Below are positions 34,553 through 43,814 of a stretch of DNA of 43,814 nucleotides, in pieces. The notes under the pieces were generated by a model. The model was not told where the DNA came from. It did no database searches and saw nothing but the letters and a program-made list of their open reading frames with translations. The stretch spans positions 1 to 43,814 of the forward strand of contig MCFE01000703.1 in NCBI GenBank assembly GCA_002104905.1. The letters run 5' to 3'. This DNA comes from Basidiobolus meristosporus CBS 931.73 (taxonomy: Eukaryota; Fungi; Basidiobolomycota). The position numbers were made by a program, and so were the translations under genes. Positions within the stretch are counted from its first letter, which is position 1. Each line of letters begins with the position of its first letter.

Positions 34553-34815
34553 TGTTGTAAATATTTGTAATTCCACCTAAATATTCACATAATTTAGTGA
34601 CTTTAATCATTACCTGCTAATCCTAGAGAATACTGACCAAATTCCTTGTTGGGACTCACTTAGAATATTTTCACCAAAATACCAGGTACCCAGAGCATGA
34701 AAATTCTCTAAGTTGTCCACACAGCCCCAAACTTTGCACACATGCTCTTGGGACCTTCCTTAGCCTATTCTACATGCTTGTAATGCCAGGACCATGTAAA
34801 AGTATAAATACTACT
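34553..34815 (+). repeat. Copia-B1 3' LTR, truncated
   Basis: Starts TGTTGTAAA after the PPT; homology to the 5' LTR is lost near 34815. Confidence 0.85.
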
Positions 34816-34820
34816 ATTAC

Positions 34821-35125
34821 AAACTTGGAATTCATCTGATTTTTTGCTGGTATTCTGCTGGTATTCTGATGGTATTTTGCTGGTATTCAGCTGGTGTTTT
34901 AGGTACAAAATTTCAAATGCAATTTTCAATGGAAGCAATGGGCAACTAATTACCAAATATGGTATGGATGCTAGTTTGGCAAGTCTCCTCCTTGACAACT
35001 TGTTTGCCTGCCTGCCCATCAGCTAAGAACAGAGATACTGAGAGTTGTCAATTTTGAGAAACTTGGAATTCAGCTGATACTATGATGGTATTTTGCTGGT
35101 CTTTTCTCAATTTTTTTTCTTAGGG
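34821..35125. mobile_element. MITE-like element copy 2 (left end lost)
   Basis: Homologous to 25150-25433; ends TTTTTTTCTTAGGG; AAACTTGGAATTCA.CTGAT direct repeat at 34821 and 35059. Confidence 0.65.
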
Positions 35126-36396
35126 TGTGTTGATATTGTAGGAATATTTATCCAGAAGCAGATCACCAATGCCATCCTGTCACATCTAAAGCTTTTATGC
35201 AAGGAGTCTGTGACAGGATTTGAGTGGCTATACTACAAACATATAGCTGAATATGTAGATCTCTGCCACTACTGTATCCATTCTCTACTCCATCCTGCTG
35301 GGTGTCTGGAGAATGTTGCCCCTTACTTCACCTTTTGGGAGTTTCCCATGGAGTAGATATGTGGGGAGGTAGCAAGACAAGTCAAGTTGCAGGTACTACC
35401 ATACTCCAATCTTATCAGGAATATTGCCTTCAGGTCAGGTATTATTGTATACCAAACTCATCAAGAATATCACCATCAAGTCTGTCAAAGATGTGATGGG
35501 TTGGCAAATGGAGAACAGCCAGGAAAAGTTGGATAATACTGATTACAGATGTGCATATAGAGACACCTATGCATATGACAAAATATAAAAATACAAACAA
35601 GAGCCAGAGCACACCTATTATGGGGACCAGACTCCTCAAGGAGAGGGAATTTATTGGCTAAATACTAAGAAGTTCTCTGCGGATATTTGGAGGTATCCAT
35701 GGCAACAGTGACAGCAACCAAGCATATGTTTGCATGATGTATATATTACCAGCAATACAGGGCATATGGAAACTTTGCAAGTTTCACACTAAAAAGCTGT
35801 AAATTTGAGGTAATAGAAGTTTGTTAATTGCAGCAGGTACACATATATGTAGAGGTCAGTAATCAGGAGGCCGTATTTTGTTTGATTCAAGCTATTTGTG
35901 GAGTACCCAAGGTAGTAGAGGGTAAGCAGATAAGGTGGGGTAATTCAACAGTGGTAATATGAATGGTACAAGGAGAGGTAGAAGAAGAAAATACCATTTA
36001 GTCAAATGGCATGGTGACATTATACAAAACTAGTTGTAGGCTGCCATACTGCCATTGTAATGCCAGCAGAGGTTTGAAGTGAGGCAATCAGAACAATATC
36101 AAGTTTTCTGCCATATAAGGCAGTTGAATGTACCGGCCAGTTAGGTCTGCTTGAATAAATGTAGTGTGCATTAGGATTGTCATAATGCCATGCAATTCTT
36201 ATCAAGAGACTGCTAAAATGCTGTCAAGGTTCTAACTCTAATTGGTGGCAATAACAGCAATAGGCCATCATGATCCTGTCATAAGATTGTGGAGGATCAA
36301 TAATTCCAAGCTGCTGGCACTATGTTGGACTCATTGTGGGATCCTGATGGCTGATGTGGATTAAACCTACTTGCAGGACCAAATAATTGTATAGGG
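35126..36396 (+). mobile_element. CMC transposase C-terminal half and terminus
   Basis: VDIVGIFIQKQITNA...SLLHPAGCLENVAPYFTFWEFPME; ends GGACCAAATAATTGTATAGGG. Confidence 0.8.
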
Positions 36397-38213
36397 GGGT
36401 TTGGTTGGGAACCAGACAGATCTGCATTTTTTGGTGGCATATATATGGAAGTGAGTCAAACCAAAGGGGAAATAATGTTATATATATGTGTGTATGTAGG
36501 GCCACAACTTTATTTATAATGCATATTATGGCGGGTGATCATCTAATCTTACACTCATGTAGGTTCAATGTTGCAAATACAAGACTATCTGATATTCATA
36601 TGAGTACAGACAAAAAAGTAATACAAAGTTATTGTGTTGTTTAGTGTTGAACTTTTTTCCCCATGGACAAGACTACTTTGAATCCACATTGTAAGAGAAG
36701 AGAAAAAAGACCATGTGGCTATTGGAACAAGCCTCCCAGCCATGAATCAGGTATAGAGCATAGGAAGTTTTACAAGGATCACAGCCAGTGTTTTGCCACA
36801 CAAGTCATGCTTGAGCATTCATCCAGTACTACCACACCAACAGTATCTTCCCAGTTACTTAATACTTCCATAATGGCACCTAGCTGTACCTGTCACCTTG
36901 CGCAAACTGAGTCAAGTGAGTTTGTGACATGTTTGGGCTCACCTCAGCATTCTGAATATATCACACAGAGTGATGGCTTTGAAGAAGAAGGCTTACTGAT
37001 GCATTGTGACCAGATGCCTCTTCCATCTTGCTTGGTGTGTGGAGAATATTGAACCTTGCTTCACCTTTTGGGAGTTTCCTATGGAATGGATGTGGGGGGA
37101 TAGTAAAACATGTTAAATAGCAGGTACTATGGTATCCCAGTCTCATTAAGAATCTAATCTTAAAGTACAACATGGATGTCATGAGCTGGTACATTGAAGA
37201 CAGCCAGGAAGAGTTGGAAAGTATTGAGGATAGATATGCACATGGAGACACCTATGCCTATGGCATTAAGAAGCTACACAATCTCAATGCTAGGCTTGGC
37301 TAGACACAGCAAGCAACTAACTTTTATTACAACAATTTCACTAAAGTACACTGTGCCTCTCCTGGTTACAGGCCAATTTCTACCCCATTCAAAATGGAAT
37401 TCACACAAACAAGACCCAAAGTGCACCTGTTAGGGGAACTCAAATCCAGCAGGGAGAAGGAGTATATTGGCTAAGTACCACAAAGTTCTTTGTGGATATG
37501 CTGGAGGTATTCATGGCAAAGGTAGTGTCAACCAATCATATGTTTACAAGATGTATTTTTACTAACAATATAAGGTTAATGGCAGCTTTGCAAGTATTGT
37601 TCTGAGAAGCCATAGAGTTGAGTAGATAGAAGTGTGTCCATAGCAGTGGGTATGTGTATGTAGAGGCTAGTAAGCAGAAAGCCATGACTTTCCTTGATCC
37701 AAAATATATATAGAATACCTAGGTTTGTAGTGAGTAAGCAAACAAGGAGAGGCAATTCTACAGTGGAATATACAAATGGTGCAAGGGTAGGTACAAAAAG
37801 GATATACCAATTGTTAAATTAGCATGGTAGCACTATACAGAACTAGCTGTACACTGTTGAACTGCCATTATAATGCTAGCAGAGGTTTACAAGGAGGCTG
37901 TAAAAACTCTGTCTAGTTTTTTGTCATATTTGGTAACTGGATGTATTAGCAAGTCTGGTCTACTCAGATAAGTATAGCACACATTAAGACCATTAAAATG
38001 CCATGCAGTTCTTGCTCAAAGACTATTTAAATACCATCAAGCTCCTAACTTTCTTTGGCATTAAAACCAGCAAACCACCATCATACTACTGCCATAAGAT
38101 TGTGTAGAGGATCAATAATTCTGAGCTACCAGCATTATGATGGCCTCATTGCAGGACTCTGATGGCTGCTTCAGATAGGATTCACCTGCAGGACCAAACT
38201 ATACTTCATAGGG
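36397..38213 (+). mobile_element. internally deleted CMC copy (upstream region, N-terminus, then jump to C-terminal half and terminus)
   Basis: ORF 36663 (PHCKRREKRPCGYW) fuses at ~37020 to HLAWCVENIEPCFTFWEFP; ends GGACCAAACTATACTTCATAGGG. Confidence 0.78.
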
Positions 38214-38656
38214 GTATATGGAAGGCATCTAGATGAAGAATCAAGAAAGACAAGTGCCAATAAGAAGAAAGAAGAAAGTGATTTAATAAGCAATGATAGT
38301 CAACAAAGGAGGTATTTACAACCCTTTTACTACATGGTAGATTTTGTTGTGAGTGTCTTGGAGATATTGGAAGTGATTGGGAGAGCAAGTAAATATGCAG
38401 TATCCACCTACTAATTCATTCAATGTAAAAGTAGTATTAATACTTCTACATAGTCATGGCAGAATTGACAAATAGAATATGATAAGGAAGGTTTCAAGCA
38501 CATGTGTGCAAAGTTTGGGGCTATTTGGAGAGCTTTCAGAATACTTATGTTCTGGGTACCAGAATTATGCTGAAAATATGCCAAGTAAATCCCAACAAGG
38601 AATTTGGTCAGTATTCTCTAAGACTTGTAGTTATTGATCTAAGCAACTAAGCTAAG
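38214..38656. mobile_element. older Copia-B remnant (gag fragment on +, diverged LTR fragment on -)
   Basis: 38214-38322 resembles 26412-26460 plus 26660-26720; 38345-38656 is a diverged, truncated homolog of LTR 38771-39119. Confidence 0.7.
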
Positions 38657-38770
38657 TCAATATTTTGGTTGAATTGCAAACTTTGACAACAAGTATTACA
38701 AGCCACTGAGAAGCAAGGGCTACTCTGAAGGTATGTATCACCATGCCTTTGCATTGACACGTGATAGTTT

Positions 38771-39119
38771 TGTTGTAAGAGTCTTGGAGATATTGGAAGT
38801 GATTTGGAGAACAAGTAGATTATGTGGTTTTCACTTAATGATTTATTGAATGTAAAAGTAGTATTTATACTTTTACCTGGTCTTGGCATTACAAACACAT
38901 AGAATAGGTTAAGGAAAGTCCCAAGAAAATGTGTGCAAAGTTTGGGGCTGTTTGGACAACTTATCAAATTTTCATGTTCTGGGTACCTGGTATTTTGGTG
39001 AAAATATTCTAAGTAAATCCCAACAAGGAATTTGGTCAGTATTCTCTAAGATTTGAAGGTGATGATCTAAGTGACTAAGTTAGGTGAATATTTAGGTGGA
39101 AATACAAATTTTTACAATA
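38771..39119 (-). repeat. Copia-B2 3' LTR (349 bp)
   Basis: Direct repeat of 43105-43451. Confidence 0.95.
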
Positions 39120-39130
39120 CTCCCACTCAG

Positions 39131-42100
39131 CTAAATGTTCATACTGACTAGTCCTAATTTTGACCTATGATATTCAAACTTGTCTCTAGCTAATGGTTTG
39201 GTAAATATGTCTGCAATCATTTCATCTGTAGGACAGTAAACTAAGCTAGCTAAGTTATTCTCTATAGCTTCTTGTTTGAAATGATGTCTAATATCTATGT
39301 GCTTGGTTCTAGCATGAAAAGTTGGATTTTACCTAATTGTATACATCCTTGATTATCTTGAAATAAAGTAATAGGCGTTTTTTGACATAAGCCTTAATTT
39401 GTAAACAGCTTTCTTAACCACATTGCTTCTTTAGTAGCTTCACAGGCTGCCATATATTCTGCCTCTGTGGTGGAAAGTGCTACGGTTGGTTGTTTTCTTG
39501 AATTCCATGAAATTGCTCCTTTACAGTAAAGAAAGGTGTATCCTGTGGTGGATCTTCTGTCTTCCAAATTTTGTCCCCAATCAGCATCAGAGTATCCCAC
39601 ATAATCCTGTTCTGAATCTTTATAAGTGTATCTTAAGCAGATATCAGCAGTTCCTTTTAGGTATCTAAAAATCTGCTTAACTGCTGCAATATGATCAGAT
39701 CCATAGTTCTGATTATGTTGGCTGACAACTCCCACTGAATATGAGATATCTGGACATGTTCCAAGCATAATATACATCAGACTGCCGACTATAGATTGAT
39801 AAGGAAAGTCAGGGCTTTCAGATGGCACCAAGCTCTCTTGATTTGGTTGAGTTTTGACCAAGTTAAGGTTTGTCTCCATTGGGGTAGCTGCTGGTTTACA
39901 GTCTTCCATTTTGTACTTCTTTAGTATATCTTGAATATACTTGGACTGGCTTAGGGTAATAGTCTGGGTACTTCTGTCTATGGAGAACTTAATCCCTAAG
40001 TAGTAACTAAGTTCTCCTAGATCGGACATCTTGAACTCCTTAGATAGGCTGGATTTAGTCTCTTCCAATGTTTCTAGGTTATTGGCGGCTATAATAAGAT
40101 CATCCACATATAGAGCTAATAGAACTGGATTTGCTCTATCTGGCTTATAGTATATACTATAGTCAGCATTACTCCTTTTGAAACTCAAAGATTCCAAATA
40201 AGAATCTATCTTGCAATTCCAGGCTCTTGGTGATTGTTTGAGACCATATAGTGACTTTTTAAGCTTGCAGACCAAATGGGGGTTATCTTGGTCAGCAAAC
40301 CCATCAGGCTGGTCCATATACACGTCCTCATCAAGTTCTTCATTCAAAAATGCAGTTTTTACATCCATTTGATGAATAAAAACTTATATTTGGCTGCATT
40401 AGCCAATATTAGTCTGATGGAATTAAACTTGGCTAACAGTGCAAAGGTCTCAGTATAGTCAAGTCCTTTTGTTTGAGAGTATCCTTTGGCTACAAGTCTT
40501 GCTTTGTATCTTTCAATTGTACCATCAGCCTTGTATTTTGTCTTGAAGACCCATCTGCATCCAATTGATTTTTGGTTGATTGGTAATTTGACTAAGTCCC
40601 AAGTTTGATTTTCCATCAGTGCCTGATATTCCTCAGTCATTGCAGATCTCCAAAACGTTGTCTGAGGGCTATTTAGGGCCTCTTTTACAGTCTGGGGTTC
40701 ATCAATATGGACTGAATAGGCATAGGCTAAGTTTGTACCCTCATTAATATAGTGATTTGGGCTATTTCTTGTCCGATTTGATCTCCGGGCATTTGATACT
40801 GGAATGATCACTTCTGGGATATTCCTGGGCACTGATTCTGGCTGAACCACAGTTGTAGAGTCCTCTGGAGTGAAAAAATTTTCATTGTTTTGCTCTGATT
40901 CAATCCTGACAATTGGTGGACTTGAGATCAAATTTTTGTCATCATCTGATGTCATTTTTTGTGAAAATTTTGAATTTTCATCAAACAACACATCCCTGGA
41001 CTTGATCAGCTTCTTTGCTTTGGTATTGTAGAGTCTGTATGCCTTACTCTCATTGCAGTAGCCCAAAAATATGCATTTTACACTTTTTGGCTCAAATTTT
41101 GACTGATTTCTGGCCAGTTTTTTGGCATATGCTGTACACCCAAATATTCTTAGATGTTCTGCACTTGGTCTGTATCCATACCATGCTTCAAATGGAGTAG
41201 AATCACGAAGTATTCTGTTATAACTCCTATTTTTAAGGTATACAGCAGTGGCAACTGATTCTGCCCAAAAATCATAGGATAATTTTTGATCATGGATCAT
41301 AGATCTTGCCATATCAATTATTGATCTGTTAGCTTGTTCTGCTACTCCATTATGCTGTGGGGAGTATGGTACAGTAGTCTCTTGCTTTATCCCATGAATT
41401 TTGCAGAAGTGGATGAAGAGTTTTGAGGTATATTCTCCACCATTGTCAGAGCGTATTTTCTTGATTTTTTCACCAGTTTCTCTCTCCATTATGGCTTTAA
41501 ACTCCCTGAACTTAGACAGAGCTTCTTCCTTTCTCTCCATGAAGTAGACCCATGTGTATCTTGTATAATCATCAATAAAAGTGATTAAATACTTCATCCC
41601 GCCTAAGGATAAATTTTGCATAGGTCCACACAGATCTGAGTGAATTAGATCTAATTTTTTCTTAGTTTTGATTAACCCAGAGCTCTTGAACGGTTGTCTG
41701 GCTTGTTTCCCATATATGCAGGCTTCACAGTGCTCCAAATTAGCTGGGGGATCAATTTTCACTCCAGAAATTAGCTGATCTTTGATCATTTTACACAAAT
41801 AATCAAAATTGATGTGCCCAAATCTCCTGTGCCAAAGCATTGGTGTTTCTTCATTTAAGTTACTTATATTGGCTTCCAGATATGATGGAATATAAGTCAA
41901 CTTGTATAGATTCTGATCTCTGCTGCCCAAAGCAATATGGGCACCATTTTGATCAGTGATCCTGCATCCAGAATTGTCAAAACTGAAACTGAGTCCTTCT
42001 GCTGTGGCCTTGCTTACAGAGAGTAGGTTCTTGGCTATTTCTGGTACATAGAGTACTTCTTTAAAGGTCAGTGTATGGCTTCCTTCACTGCTTCTAAGGT

Positions 42101-43073
42101 TTACTTGGATAGTTCCTTCTCCCACTGCATCAAGTGTTCTACTTGTCACCCATGAAAACCTTCTTAATTGGAATTTCTTGATATTGGGTAAAAAGTTCTT
42201 TTTGGTGTGTAAAGTGTTGAGATGCTCCAGAGTCAATATACCACATCTGAGAATCCTTGTTTGTGGTCATATTTAGTGCAGATATGAATAGTCTATCTTC
42301 AGTTGTTGCAGCATTTCCATATTCAGGCTTCTTTTGCTGATTATCTTTCTTTTTGAGACACCGGTCTGATGTGTGTCCTTTCCTTTTGCAGTAGTTACAA
42401 AACAGGTTGCTGTTGCCTTTGTAGGGTCTTGGGCACCTCCTTTGTTGGTTATCATTGCTTATTAAAGCTTTTCTTCTTCCTTCTTATTGGCGCTTGATTT
42501 TCTTAATTCTTCATCCAGGAGCCTTCCATATACGTAATTTAAGGTCAAATCTTCAGTTCTGGACTCTAGGGCTGATACAAGGCCCTGAAACTTGTCTGTC
42601 AGGCTATTCAGGATGGTAACTATCACATCCTCATCAGTAGTTGGTACGCCCACAGATTCCATCTCATCTACCAGCAGGGTAATTCTGTTAATTAGATTTT
42701 TCATTTCTTCTCCTGGCAGCATCTTTGTAGTAAAGAATTTTTGTCTCAGATACATTTTCTTGGCAGCTGAACATGACTGGTAGGTGTCTTCTAATGCTTT
42801 CCAGGCATTCTTTGCCGTTTTTGCTCTTGAGCATTGAATTAGCAATTTGTCCTTAACATTAAGGCAAATGCAGTTAAAGGCACTTTGTTCTTTCTTCTGG
42901 TACTTTAAGGCTTCCTCTCCCACGTTTTTAGGAGGGCATTCTTCTCCCATGACAATATCCCAAAGGCCTCTTTCTTGTAGCAGCATCTTCATCTTCACCT
43001 TCCACACTTGGTAGTTAGATCCATCCAACTTTTCAGCAGAGGGAAAAATTCCAGTAATAGCAGTAGTAGACAT
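39131..43073 (-). pseudogene. Copia-B2 gag-pol with several single-base frameshifts
   Basis: ATG at 43073 (MSTTAITGIFPS); [49 protein letters not shown]. Confidence 0.95.
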
Positions 43074-43104
43074 TGCAGAGAGTGACAGCTTGGGGCTCAT
43101 AACC

Positions 43105-43451
43105 TGTTGTAAGAGTCTTGGAGATATTGGAAGTGATTTGGAGAACAAGTAGATTATGTGGTTTTCACTTAATGATTTATTGAATGTAAAAGTAGTATTT
43201 ATACTTTTACCTGGTCTTGGCATTACAAACACGATAGAATAGGTTAAGGAAGGTCCCAAGAACATGTGTGCAAAGTTTGGGGCTGTTTGGACAACTTTGA
43301 GAATTTTCATGTTCTGGGTACCTGGTATTTTGGTGAAAATATTCTAAGTAAATCCCAACAAGGAATTTGGTCAGTATTCTCTAGGATTTGAAGGTGATGA
43401 TCTAAGTGACTAAGTTAGGTGAATATTTAGGTGGAAATACAAATTTTTACA
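43105..43451 (-). repeat. Copia-B2 5' LTR (outer end 3 bp short)
   Basis: Direct repeat of 38771-39119; abuts the PBS. Confidence 0.92.
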
Positions 43452-43814
43452 AGTTATTCTCATGTAAACATAGTACTCTAACCTTTCATAATCCTGCTTG
43501 TCCCACAATTTAATCATCAAAGTGAGTCTGCTCCATATGTACTGTATCACAATCAAGATATCCAATGGTAAGTCTCACTGATATCTGGGCCTATTTTGTC
43601 AACCTGGATAGCTACTTGCATTTATTACTGGATGATTTTTGTATGCTTTTGCAAGAATATGAATTTAATCTAAATGCTGAGACACTTGAGATGGATGGAA
43701 TCTGTAGGAGCAAAAGCTTTACACCAGGAGTAATGCATCTGTACTTCAACAATATCTTAAAACTAATGACCAAGTTGCACATGAGGCATCTCATGCTAAA
43801 TGAGCCCTTTTGGA

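Larger units (their letters stand above)
25495..34815 (+). mobile_element. Ty1/copia family B copy 1, carrying PHIS insertion; 3' LTR truncated
   Basis: 5' LTR, PBS, polyprotein, PPT (GAGTAGGAG 34544-34552) and partial 3' LTR; colinear with the inverted copy at 38771-43451. Confidence 0.93.
38771..43451 (-). mobile_element. Ty1/copia family B copy 2, near complete, TSD AGTT(T/A)
   Basis: LTRs 38771-39119 and 43105-43451 (about 8 differences), PBS 43093-43104, PPT 39120-39128; AGTTT at 38766-38770, AGTTA at 43452-43456. Confidence 0.95.
38660..43814 (+). mobile_element. CMC transposase central fragment split by Copia-B2 (38660-38770 and 43452-43814)
   Basis: KYYKPLRSKGYSEGMYHHAFALTRDSF continues after the copia with homology to 9020-9200. 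Confidence 0.65.

Noticed and set aside
42462-43310. 282-aa ORF with an N-terminal extension on gag
   Set aside because: The extension reads through the 5' LTR and PBS; the true gag start is ATG 43073.
1-43814. Host genes, tRNA/rRNA genes, LINE, Helitron or prokaryotic operons
   Set aside because: All coding-like sequence is explained by LTR or TIR elements; PBSs are only short tRNA complements; no Rep/helicase or APE-RT motifs seen.

Overview
The 43.8 kb window is a eukaryotic (probably fungal; host not identifiable from sequence alone), visibly CpG-depleted nest of transposable elements with no recognisable host gene, RNA gene or CRISPR array. The scaffold is several old, decayed copies of a ~5.7 kb two-gene CACTA/CMC-type DNA transposon (Tnp2/Transposase_21-like transposase plus a divergently oriented uncharacterised ORF2; CCC...GGG termini). 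One complete copy (2703-8418) is inserted, inverted, into another copy. Inserted into these scaffold copies are two Ty3/gypsy copies (1-1126 partial; 9482-15280 complete, 4-bp TSD), Copia family A (18325-23008), two Copia family B copies (25495-~34815 and 38771-43451) plus an older remnant, a solo LTR and two MITE copies. A PIF/Harbinger-ISL2EU-like (PHIS) DDE transposon (28429-32948, TSD TAT) sits in Copia-B1. A 734-bp fold-back element (347-bp arms, 40-bp spacer, TSD ACT) carrying the same terminus on both ends sits in the gypsy RT gene. Most junctions resolve to TSDs. The most interesting signals are the fold-back/PHIS pair, the two-gene CMC family and its self-insertion, a frameshift shared at the same RT position by two independently inserted Copia-B copies, and three primer sites pointing to two different parts of one initiator tRNA.
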